DNA of 62,902 bases, the filler included, from Octopus bimaculoides (Eukaryota), in assembly GCF_001194135.2 (NCBI RefSeq). It is 8 parts of 7 records of this genome, joined end to end, with 100 filler letters (N's around TTAATTAATTAA, not from the genome) between each part and the next. Parts side by side here need not be neighbours in the genome. Positions count along the whole stretch, not along the records: positions 29,745 to 54,084 come from NC_068982.1; positions 54,185 to 61,516 come from NC_068985.1; 6 more parts are not named here. One strand, written 5' to 3'. Positions 50,237 to 61,462 of this stretch are shown here, piece by piece (positions within the stretch are counted from its first letter, which is position 1; each line of letters starts with the position of its first letter). A program made the translations under genes and the position numbers. A model generated the notes under the pieces. It did not search any database and had not been told where the DNA came from. It saw nothing but the letters and a program-made list of their open reading frames with translations.

Positions 50237-51414
50237 GTATATATATATATATGTATTTGTGTGTTTTGCCTCCAACCATCGCTTGACAATCTAAGTTTCT
50301 GTGTTTACGTCCCTGTAACTTAGCGGTTCAGCAAAAGAGACCGATAGAATAAGTACTAGGCTTACAAAGAATAAGTCCTGGAGTCGATTTGTTGACTAAA
50401 GGCAGTGCTCCAGCATGGCCGCAGTCAAATGACTGAAACAAGTAACAGAATAAAAGAATATATATATCTTACATATAGACACACATATATATACACATTC
50501 ACTGTGTATACATTCGTGCAGGGGTATATACAGACAATCCCATGTGTGTATTTCTATTCTATCCTTGATTTGAAGTTATAAATATTTCATTTACTGTCTG
50601 CTTCTCCTCCTCATTAACGAGGTTGCCAAATAAAAATATTCTTAATTAGAAACAAAAAAAAATTATAAAATTTCATTTTAAAAATAATTCAGTTTTGCTC
50701 TTTACATCACCTGTTGCACAATCATTCACCATTTAAATGTGTGTGTGTGTTGCATGTTTTGAATATAACTGTTTATTTACATGTCTTTGTGTGTGTATGA
50801 ATGTGTCTGAGTGTGTATGTGTGTAAATATTTATACGTCCTCATCATCATTTAACATCCACTTCCTGTGTTGGCATGGGTTTGACAGGAGCTGGCTGTGT
50901 ACGTATAGGTAAGTAGATGACACTCACCAGCTATAATGAAGGCAATCCGTCTAGGAGGATGAAATCCATGAAAGGTCCACCATTTCCATAACTTTGTTGA
51001 TGTAATGATGTTAATATAATTATTTTCGACCTCCTAATTACGTACCTGCAGTTGTTATAAACCTGTAGCTTATTTCAGAATTGAACCTGTTGTCATATCT
51101 TTACTGTGTTCATTGTCATATCTTTACTGTGTTCATTGTCATAATGTTAATTTTTTTTTTTAACTGTTATGAAAAGAAAATTCTATTAACATTTAGTTTT
51201 CCAGTGTCTAATTACATCTAATAATGAAGAAGTTATTACAACTTGTTCGAACCAATTGTATATAAATCTCACTTTTTATTCTGACCAACCACAAAAGTCA
51301 CCTTTTTGGTGTTTTTTAGTTCACCATTTTCATAATTTTTACCAAAAATCTTTGACTGTATCCAACCTATTCCATTGCCATTTTGTTAATAATTTTTGTG
51401 CTTTCTCATTGCAG

Positions 51415-52107
51415 CGTCTTCGAAGGAGTCTCCCTCCTAACCTTATCAGGCGTATGTCTACAAGTACATGGACTACCACAACATCAGCCACAGGAATGCC
51501 TACCCTAGAAGCTGAGCCATCCCGGATTCGAAGTTCAAGTTTCCGCCAATCAAGAGATTGGGCCATTCCCGGTGGAAGTCCGTCTGGAAGTCGCAGTAAC
51601 AGCCCATCACCAAGCTCTCCTGCCACCATGGTTCTAGCTATACCAAAATCTCGTTCTTTCTCTGTGGCAAGTGCAGCCCCCAGCAACCTTGGACACCAGC
51701 GAAGAACTTCGAGAAAAAACATGCTACCTCCTTCTTCTGCATCTGTAGACTACCCAAGCATGAGCCCTTCAAAACTTGAGGCAAGTAGCCTGGGTAGAAG
51801 TGAGACTAACATAGATACGGCGGATGCAGGCAAGTTGAGTGTAACTAAAGAGTGCCAAGCTGCTCCACTGCGACGATTAGGAAATATTACATCAGACTAT
51901 GAGAGTAATGATTCCCCTAGCAGTAGTGACCACAGTGACAATGTACTAACTGTAGATGATATCTCTAGTTCCTCCCCGCCTAAGAAATTTGGCTGCCGTT
52001 TGGAGTCTAGCGGTGGCAATGTTAGTAATAGTAGTGGTGGTGGTGGTGGTAGTGGTAATAGTGGCATGAACCAGCACAAAGGCACCAAAACCTTTCAAAA
52101 AACAGTT
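51415..52107 (+). CDS. PDE3: PDE3 next internal coding exon, phase 0-0, 231 aa, Ser/Gly-rich regulatory linker
   Basis: Acceptor ttctcattgcag ending 51414. Begins [32 protein letters not shown] (human PDE3A [31 protein letters not shown]) and contains MVLAIPKSRSFS (human MMTLTKSRSFT). In-frame donor GTAAGT at 52108. The 3' boundary is less certain than the 5' boundary. Confidence 0.92.
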
Positions 52108-52813
52108 GTAAGTAAAAATTTTCCTTTTCTCAAGAAAAACTTTCCTTTTCATGGTTGAAATTAACCACAGTTCATTAGGAAAATTAATAATTAAAACGCA
52201 CTTTTTTCCTTCTGTAAATTTTATTCAGAAAATATTAACAAGTCCTTAATTCCACCAGTTTAGAGAATCCAAAAGGAAAACAGCAATTTCTGGTTTTTCC
52301 TTCTTTTTCTCCCCTTTTTTTCACCCACCCACTCCCCAAAGTACGAATTTGTATAATTTTCTGAAGAAAACATTTACAGCTCCTAATTAAACATTTTTGC
52401 AGTCATTTATAAAATTTATTATAGAACTGAAAAATAGTAAATTTGTTAAAATCATTTCTCAAATTGTAGATTTGGATATTTTCACTTGCCCAACCCCCAA
52501 AAAACATTATAAGGTGCAGGTTTGGCTGTGTGGTAAGAAGTTTGCTTCACAACCACACGGTTTAAGGTTCAGTCTCACTATATGGTACCTTGGGCAAAAT
52601 GTCTTCTACTAAAGCCCTGGGCCAACCAAAGCCTTGTCAGTGGATTTAGTAGACAGAAACTGAAAGAAGCCCATCGTATATATTTATGTATGTATGTATA
52701 TATACATATGTGTGTGCATAAGTTCTTGTCTTGGCATTGTGTATGACAGGTGTAAATAAATGAATGTTGGGAAATCATTAGGAAATATGAACTTATATGT
52801 CTAACTCATCATA

Positions 52814-52916
52814 CTAGGGGTGGTGCTCAATAGTTCCTGGCTTTGGGTGGAGGATCTGATTCACACACTTATTGTAGGAATCCTTTTAAAGCCAGGAACT
52901 TTTCAGCACCCCCTTG
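52814..52916. mobile_element. Very short mariner-type MITE (~103 bp)
   Basis: Arms GGTGCTCAATAGTTCCTGGCTTT and AAAGCCAGGAACTTTTCAGCACC; TA at the left flank. Confidence 0.7.
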
Positions 52917-53789
52917 TGTGTGTGTATGTGTGTATGTATATATATATATATATATATNNNNNNNNNNNNNNNNNNNNNNNNNNNNNNNNNNNNNNNNNNN
53001 NNNNNNNNNNNNATATATAAATGAAACAAAAACGCAATGGAGGACATTAAAACATTCAGACAGATTGACGATACAAAGGCAGACAAGAGAAACAACAATT
53101 AGAAGGACAGGCAAAAAAAAAAAGGATGGGTCATTCGTGGCTTTCTTTCCTCAGGCAAGTTCTAGAGGTCACGACCATTTCGGGCAGTTACACTTGAGAT
53201 GGTTCGATCTGGTTGTCCCCCAAAAAAGTCGAAGCTAGGAGTATTAGACCCCTTTGTAAGAAAGCTAGCGAATGTGTATAGCAACAAAGACAAAAGAAAA
53301 CAAAAAAAAAAAACGGAGAACATGGTATATACACACACACAACTTCTTGATTATTAAGTTTATCTGTCCGTCTAGAGGATCAAAGATCTGTTTTGGAGCT
53401 TCCTTCATGGACTCTATCAATTGTTACATAGGCATTGTAACAATTTATGAATTAAGGAATGCCTGGCTGTTAGTTGTGTTGTCATAAAAGCATCTCAGCA
53501 ACTGGTTGCCACAAGTTATGGATGGTACTCAGGCATGTCTGCAAGATCAATAAAAATGCCATCGAATTCTCTGTTGTTTGGCATGATTTGAAGAACCCAG
53601 CATTGTTGCAGCACCTCATTGCAACACTAATGCGCATCTGTTAATATTTATTATAACAGCATTCATGTTTACAACTTACTTTTAATTACACTGTCTGAGG
53701 GAGTGTCGTTCTGTTATTAATTAAAGCCTTGAGTGGATTTGGTAGATGGAAGCTGAAAGAAGCCCATCATATATATATATATATATATA

Positions 53790-54084
53790 TCATCATCATC
53801 ATCATCGTTTAACATCCGCTTTCCATGCTAGCATGGGTTGGACGATTTGACTGAGGACTGGTGAAACCGGATGGCAACACCAGGCTCCAATCTAATTTGG
53901 CAGAGTTTCTACAGCTGGATGCCCTTCCTAACGCCAACCACTCAGAGAGTGTAGTGGGTGCTTTTACGTGTCACCCACACGAAAACGGCCACGCTCGAAA
54001 TGGTGTCTTTTATGTGCCACCCGCACAAGAGCCAGTCCAGGGGCACTGGCAACGGTCACGCTCAAGATGGTACATCTTATGTGC
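53790..54084 (-). mobile_element. RTE LINE 3' UTR
   Basis: Same sequence as 30905-31490. Confidence 0.8.
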
Positions 54085-54659
54085 NNNNNNNNNNNNNNNN
54101 NNNNNNNNNNNNNNNNNNNNNNNNNNNNTTAATTAATTAANNNNNNNNNNNNNNNNNNNNNNNNNNNNNNNNNNNNNNNNNNNNATACATTAATTCAATG
54201 GAAGATAAAAACAGCTATTAGGGTCAATAACCCTTGAAATTTTAAAATATTACAGGTCAAACTGGGGATTAACTACTTAGCAACAAAACAATCTCCACAC
54301 CCTACGAAAAATACTCGCCTCTCACAGTTACCCAGATCTTCAAATCCAGAATTCTAAATGAAATATATAGAGTACTTAAATTTATCTCTTCAGATAAAAC
54401 TGACAAGAAATTCACCCCTACATGTGATGCGGCAAACACTACATCACATGTCCCCTAGTCCCCATGTCCCCATAATTACAGCATGCACTTAAAGCTTTAA
54501 AAATTAGAAATGTTAACTCTAACACACTGACATTTCCATGAATCCCTTTTTGAAGAATTTTCTAAGTATTGGCTTTCCAGCAACTTCCATTTCTGGAAAA
54601 ACAGATTATTCAATTGCTGTTATGTTATTGTTTTAGTAAAACTGTTTTATTATTGTATT

Positions 54660-54718
<59 letters not shown>
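54660..54718. repeat. (ATT)n microsatellite
   Basis: Direct reading. Confidence 0.95.
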
Positions 54719-54933
54719 TTTTAGTAACAGCTGGTGTAACTGTCCTTTGCATTAAAGTTGTCCATCAGAGAAGAATGTTACATGTTTGAGTTAGATAAGT
54801 TAGCATAACATGACATTCTAGCTGCGATGTAAAGGTTAAAAGGAGGGAAAAAAATGTTACCAGAAAGTGTCAGTGTTATTTCTATAATGAACATCAGGGA
54901 AAACAGATGAGGTAGATGAATATACATGCATGC

Positions 54934-54968
<35 letters not shown>

Positions 54969-55519
54969 CATATAGNNNNNNNNNNNNNNNNNNNNNNNNN
55001 NNNNNNNNNNNNNNNNNNNNNNNNNNNNNNNNNNNNNNNNNNNNNNNNNNNNNNNNNNNNNNNNNNNNNNNNNNNNNNNNNNNNNNNNNNNNNNNNNNNN
55101 NNNNNNNNNNNNNNNNNNNNNNNNNNNNNNNNNNNNNNNNNNNNNNNNNNNNNNNNNNNNNNNNNNNNNNNNNNNNNNNNNNNNNNNNNNNNNNNNNNNN
55201 NNNATATATATATATATATATATAAGAGTATAAAAAAATAAGTGCAGAGTGTTCCCAAAATGTGGTGCAGAGTTCATCTTCATTTTGTGTACTAATGTAA
55301 TGACACCCTCTAAAACCATGGAAAGGTTTGCTTTCTTCGTTTAGTTTTGACAATTTTTTTGTTACACAAATAACATGCAATTACATATTTATTTATTTCA
55401 CATTTGAATGCGAATATAATATTACTGAAGTTCGCAAAAATATAGGGATCTCCAAATGCATGTAGCACTGCCATTGTTTGTTTTGCCATTGGAACCATTT
55501 TTTTTGTGTGTTAATTATT

Positions 55520-55560
<41 letters not shown>

Positions 55561-56130
55561 TATCACCATCATTTAACGTCTGCTTTCCATGCTAGCATGG
55601 GTTGGACGATTTGACTGAGGACTGGTGAACCAGATGGCTGCACCAGGCTCCAATCTGATTTGGCAGAGTTTCTACAGCTGGATGCCCTTCCTTACACCAA
55701 CCACTCCGAAAGTGTAGAGGGTGCTTTTACGTGCCACCGGTATGAGGACCAGTCAGGCAGTACTGGCAACGGCCACGCTCAAAATGGTGTTTTTTACGTG
55801 CCACCTGCACAGGAGCCAGTCTAGCGGCAGTGGCAATGACTTTGCTCAAAATGGTGTTTTTTACGTGCCACCTGCACAGGAGCCAGTCCAGCGGCACTGG
55901 CAATGACCTCGCTCGAATGTTTTTTCATGTGCTACCGGCACAAGTGCCAGTAAGGTGACACTGGTAACACTCACACTCAAATGGTGCTATTTATGTGCCA
56001 CTGGCACGGAAGCCAGACAGCTGCTCTGGCAATGAACACGCTCGGTCGGTGCTTGTGCTATCACAATTTCGATTTCAATTTCACTTGCCCCCACAGGTCT
56101 TCACAAGTTGAGTTTAGTGTCCAATGAAGG
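55520..56130 (-). mobile_element. RTE LINE 3' UTR carrying a ~67-bp tandem array
   Basis: (CAT)n tail, gcccttccttacaccaacc, repeated ttttacgtgccacc...ccagt...ctggcaa units, and cacaggtcttcacaag end. Confidence 0.8.
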
Positions 56131-56342
56131 AGAGGTTGGTATGGGTGGAGTGACACGTTGATGATCCAGCCCTGTATATCAGTGGCAGCAGTAGGAAAGT
56201 TCCAAGGGAGCATTGAAGGAAAGTGGGGTTCTAATTGGGTAGCCAAAAGAGGGTGGTTGACGTAAAAACAACAAAATAAAGGGTTAATTAGGTTAAGTTT
56301 TATTCGTGAAATACAGTTGCTTTGAATTTGCTTCAGAAATTT

Positions 56343-56810
56343 TGTGTATTAATAATTCTTTCTACTGGAAGCACAAAGCCTCAGAAACTGGGGGAAGATA
56401 TTAAGTCAATTACACCGACCCCTGTGCATAACTGCTACTTATTTTACTCAACCCCAAAGGGATTAAAGGCAAAGTCGACCTCGGTGGAATTTGAACTCAG
56501 AACATAACGGCAGACGAAATACTGCTAAGCATTTTGCCCAGCAGGCTAACAATTCTGCCAGCTCGCTGCCTTAAACCTTGTGTATTTTAATAATTCTTTC
56601 TACTGGAAGTACAGGGCCTCAAAAACTGGGGGGACAGGATTAAGGTGATTACATCGACCCCAGTGCGTAACTGGTACTTATTTTACTCAACTCGAAAGGG
56701 TGAAAGACAAAGTCGACTTCGGCAAAATTTGAATTCAGAATATAGCGTCAGACGAAATACTGCTAAGCATTTTGCCCAGCGTAGTAATGATTCTGCAAGC
56801 TCACCATCTT
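56343..56810 (-). mobile_element. Tandem duplicated SINE family B unit (~236-bp period)
   Basis: Both copies share the flank tgtgtatt..aataattctttctactggaag and the variant ttattttactcaac. Confidence 0.8.
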
Positions 56811-59243
56811 TATTATGTTTCTAATAATACCATGACACTTACACCTGGCACAAAGCAGTTGATCATCTAGAATATTGGCACTCTGTCAGTTACAATGACA
56901 AGGGTTCTAGTGGATCTGCTCAATGGAATGGCCTGTTCATGAAATTAGCATGCAAGTGACTGAGCACCCCACAGTCCCATCTACCCATAACATAGTTCTC
57001 AGGGAGAGATTCAGTGTGACAGAGAACGTGACAAGGCTGGCCCTTTGAAATACAAATACTGCTCATTTTGACAGCTCAGTGTGAAATAGTGTCTTGCTCA
57101 AGAACAGGACATACTGTACCACCAGAAATTGAACTCACGACTACCCTAACCACTAAGCTATGCTGGAGCTTCTGAAAAGCAAGAATTGTTTGACTGTAAT
57201 AAGCCATTTGAACTTTGATACAACAATCCTGGTTTCTAAAATGAATTCTGAGAAACTAACAATAGACACTTATTTGTCAGGGGTAGCATATCTGCTTGCG
57301 GAGGGGGTAGAGTGATGAAAATTATGAATTTTTAATAGATTGAAATTATGTAAAAATTGTAATATTGATAGTGTAAGGGGTTTGCAACCTCATAAGTGTT
57401 TTTTAAAGGAAAAAAAAAAAAACGAACAAAGTTTTCGAGGGTATCAGTCGGCATGCGCTGGTGCCTCTCTCATTATTTGTTTCATCCTTATCACCCTCAT
57501 CTCATTAATGTCCATGTCCAGCCCACAGCTACTTTATGTCTGTCTGTCTTTGTTTGTCCCCTCTATGTAACACCGTTAATGGCAAATTTATTGAAATAAA
57601 GTAGCTTGCTTACGAACCACATGGTTCTCGGTTCAGTCCCACTGCATGGCACCTTGGGCAAGTGTCTTCTACTATAGCCTCGGGCCAACCAAAGCCTTGT
57701 GAGTGGATTTGGTAGACAGAAACTGAAAGAAGCCCGTCGCATATATGTATGTATGTATGTATATATATATATATATATATNNNNNNNNNNNNNNNNNNNN
57801 NNNNNNNNNNNNNNNNNNNNNNNNNNNNNNNNNNNNNNNNNNNNNNNNNNNNNNNNNNNNNNNNNNNNNNNNNNNNNNNNNNNNNNNNNNNNNNNNNNNN
57901 NNNNNNNNNNNNNNNNNNNNNNNNNNNNNNNNNNNNNNNNNNNNNNNNNNNNNNNNNNNNNNNNNNNNNNNNNNNNNNNNNNNNNNNNNNNNNNNNNNNN
58001 NNNNNNNNNNNNNNNNNNNNNNNNNNNNNNNNNNNNNNNNNNNNNNNNNNNNNNNNNNNNNNNNNNNNNNNNNNNNNNNNNNNNNNNNNNNNNNNNNNNN
58101 NNNNNNNNNNNNNNNNNNNNNNNNNNNNNNNNNNNNNNNNNNNNNNNNNNNNNNNNNNNNNNNNNNNNNNNNNNNNNNNNNNNNNNNNNNNNNNNNNNNN
58201 NNNNNNNNNNNNNNNNNNNNNNNNNNNNNNNNNNNNNNNNNNNNNNNNNNNNNNNNNNNNNNNNNNNNNNNNNNNNNNNNNNNNNNNNNNNNNNNNNNNN
58301 NNNNNNNNNNNNNNNNNNNNNNNNNNNNNNNNNNNNNNNNNNNNNNNNNNNNNNNNNNNNNNNNNNNNNNNNNNNNNNNNNNNNNNNNNNNNNNNNNNNN
58401 NNNNNNNNNNNNNNNNNNTTTTTGCTCAATAAACACTCACAACGCCCGGTCTGGGAATCGAAACTGCGATCCTCCGACCGCGAGTCCGCTGCCCTAACCA
58501 CTGCGCCTTCTTAACACACAACTGCCCCTGTACTTTATATTAGTATATTGGTTAAATAAAAAAGTAAAAGCGAGTGAACAAACTTAGCAATCCTGAAAAT
58601 GGTGAGAAACAAAAATTATTCTCAAACATTTCTGAATTTGACAGAAAAGGCCAAGATATTCAAAATATCTTTGCTAGCAAAGATTTTTTTTTTACCCGTT
58701 TCTTTATTAATGTAATGATATTTGATACTAATCTAATAATAGTTAACTAAATACAGGTGTTCTGTGGTAAAAACTTGTAAAAGAAACCATGCAGTTTATC
58801 TGTGGATGCTGTTAGATGGTGCATCTGATTAATATTTCTAAATATGCACTAATTATTTACTATTTAAAGCCAAATTACTTGTAATCTACATGTAACCTAT
58901 TTGATAAAGTATATAGCAGTTTACTGAGATACAAATTCTAACAGGGGCGTAGTTATTTATACCAAACTCAAACAGTTTGCTATAGCTGGTGTTGTTACAT
59001 GCTTTTGGTAAATGTCAGTTTTCTGGACATTAAATAATTTTAAATATGACCTCTGTGGTGCTGGGCTGACAGGGTCATTGGCATATTGGGCAAAATACTT
59101 TGTGGTATTTCGTTCATCTTTATATTCTGAGTTTGAATTCCACTGAGATCAACTTTGCTTTCATCCTTTTGTGGTCGATAAAAGAAGTACCTTTATTTAC
59201 ATTATTTACATTTGACGGATATTTGTCCTCATCTTGTTTGTTG

Positions 59244-59290
59244 TTAACACGTTTTGGCTGATATACCCTCCAGCCTTCTTCAGCTGTCTT
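59244..59290 (-). ncRNA. Degenerate hammerhead-like motif H5 (Penelope-like end)
   Basis: CTGAAGA, extra A, stem II GGCTG/CAGCC, AAAA in place of GAAA; no convincing stem I. Confidence 0.4.
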
Positions 59291-59336
59291 GCGGGTAATT
59301 TCGAACCTGGGTTCTCATTCCTAAGGTATTTTTCAA

Positions 59337-59370
<34 letters not shown>

Positions 59371-60587
59371 ATCACTGCCTGGAATCGAACTTGGAATCTT
59401 GGGGTTAGTAGCCCATGCTCTTAACCACTATGCCATAACTGTATTAAAAGAAGTACCAGTAATTGAGTTACCCCCTCCTCCATAATTTCTGGCCTTGTGC
59501 AAAAATTTGAAATCAGTATGTTCTTTATTATTTGTTTATTTTTTTTTATAAGCATATTTTTCTCAAAAGATTACCATATGTAATCCTTACTTGTCTNNNN
59601 NNNNNNNNNNNNNNNNNNNNNNNNNNNNNNNNNNNNNNNNNNNNNNNNNNNNNNNNNNNNNNNNNNNNNNNNNNNNNNNNNNNNNNNNNNNNNNNNNNNN
59701 NNNNNNNNNNNNNNNNNNNNNNNNNNNNNNNNNNNNNNNNNNNNNNNNNNNNNNNNNNNNNNNNNNNNNNNNNNNNNNNNNNNNNNNNNNNNNNNNNNNN
59801 NNNNNNNNNNNNNNNNNNNNNNNNNNNNNNNNNNNNNNNNNNNNNNNNNNNNNNNNNNNNNNNNNNNNNNNNNNNNNNNNNNNNNNNNNNNNNNNNNNNN
59901 NNNNNNNNNNNNNNNNNNNNNNNNNNNNNNNNNNNNNNNNNNNNNNNNNNNNNNNNNNNNNNNNNNNNNNNNNNNNNNNNNNNNNNNNNNNNNNNNNNNN
60001 NNNNNNNNNNNNNNNNNNNNNNNNNNNNNNNNNNNNNNNNNNNNNNNNNNNNNNNNNNNNNNNNNNNNNNNNNNNNNNNNNNNNNNNNNNNNNNNNNNNN
60101 NNNNNNNNNNNNNNNNNNNNNNNNNNNNNNNNNNNNNNNNNNNNNNNNNNNNNNNNNNNNNNNNNNNNNNNNNNNNNNNNNNNNNNNNNNNNNNNNNNNN
60201 NNNNNNNNNNNNNNNNNNNNNNNNNNNNNNNNNNNNNNNNNNNNNNNNNNNNNNNNNNNNNNNNNNNNNNNNNNNNNNNNNNNNNNNNNNNNNNNNNNNN
60301 NNNNNNNNNNNNNNNNNNNNNNNNNNNNNNNNNNNNNNNNNNNNNNNNNNNNNNNNNNNNNNNNNNNNNNNNNNNNNNNNNNNNNNNNNNNNNNNNNNNN
60401 NNNNNNNNNNNNNNNNNNNNNNNNNNNNNNNNNNNNNNNNNNNNNNNNNNNNNNNNNNNNNNNNNNNNNNNNNNNNNNNNNNNNNNNNNNNNNNNNNNNN
60501 NNNNNNNNNNNNNNNNNNNNNNNNNNNNNNNNNNNNNNNNGAGAGAGATTTTTTTCTCTGCTTGCTTCTCTCCTTGTTTCTTTCCGT

Positions 60588-60629
60588 GTTCCTTTCCGTG
60601 GAAGAGCGTAGGCTCGAAACGTTAAAGAC
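60588..60629 (+). ncRNA. Degenerate minimal hammerhead H6 (core CCGTGGA)
   Basis: Stem I CTTT/AAAG, extra A, stem II GAGC-GTAG-GCTC, GAAA, ACGT palindrome, GUU triplet; core has two substitutions. Confidence 0.45.
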
Positions 60630-60725
60630 TTTTTCAATTCCCGAGCGTTTTGTTTTCTACACCACCTGTCTTCGTCTTTTGTTTTTTTTGTAAATTTTCC
60701 CCATATATAGAGAGAGATGGATGAT

Positions 60726-60898
60726 CTTCCTAACGCCAACCACTCTGAGAGTGTAGTGGGTGCTTTTACCTGCCACCGGTATGGGAGCCAGTCAGGCGGC
60801 ACTGGAGCATGGCCAATGCCAGTGCTGCCTGACTGGTTCCCGTGCTAGTAGCACGTAAAAACACCCACTACACTCTCAGAATGGTTGGCATTAGGAAG
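60726..60898. repeat. Head-to-head inverted pair of RTE 3' UTR segments (~80-bp arms, 13-nt loop)
   Basis: 60726-60805 is the imperfect reverse complement of 60819-60898. Confidence 0.85.
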
Positions 60899-61231
60899 GG
60901 NNNNNNNNNNTGTGTGTGTGTGTGTGTGTGTATAAGTTTGTGTGTCTGTGTTTGTCCCCCGAACATCGCTTGACAACCGAAACTGGTGTGTTTACCTCTT
61001 CGTAACTTAGCAGTTTAGCAAAAGAGACCGATAGAATAAGTACTGGAGTTGATTTGCTTGGCTAAAGACGGTGGTCCAGCATGACCACAGTCAAATGACT
61101 GAAATAAGTAAAAGAATAAAAAAGTATATACATATATATACGATGGGTTTCTTTGAGTTTGCATTTACCAAATCCATGGTGCCACATGGTGAGATTGAAC
61201 CCAGAATCATGTGGTTGGGGAGCAAACTTCT

Positions 61232-61462
61232 TATTTCTTTACTACCCACAAGGGGCTAAACATAGAGGGAACAAACAAGGACAGACAAATGGATTAAGTC
61301 GGTTATATCGACCCCAATGCGTAACTGGTACTTATTTAATCGACCCCGGAAGGATGAAAGGCAAAGTCGACCTCGGCGGAATTTGAACTCAGAACGTAAC
61401 GGCAGACGAAATACCGCTAAGCATTTCGCCCGGCGTGCTAACGCTTCAGCCAGCTCGTCACC
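61232..61462 (-). mobile_element. SINE family B, well-preserved copy
   Basis: Minus strand ggtgacgagctggctgaagcgttagcacgccgggcgaaatg...gagttcaaattccgccgaggtcgac. Confidence 0.9.

Larger units (their letters stand above)
38346..51414 (+). other. PDE3 GT-AG intron (~13 kb), phase 0
   Basis: GT at 38346 and AG at 51413-51414; the flanking peptides join to SLPK|RLRR, contiguous as in vertebrate PDE3. An exon hidden in an N gap cannot be excluded. Confidence 0.85.

Noticed and set aside
51256-52158. ORF extensions beyond 51415-52107 (and 38058-38084)
   Set aside because: Read-through into intron past clear splice sites.
55714-56045. Regularly spaced repeats resembling a CRISPR array
   Set aside because: Contiguous diverged tandem units in a LINE UTR, with no unique spacers and no cas genes, in eukaryotic DNA.
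58420-58510. tRNA-like sequence (also 22380-22440 and 59375-59440)
   Set aside because: A and B boxes are present but there is no complete cloverleaf, and each continues into a repeat body: SINE heads, not tRNA genes.
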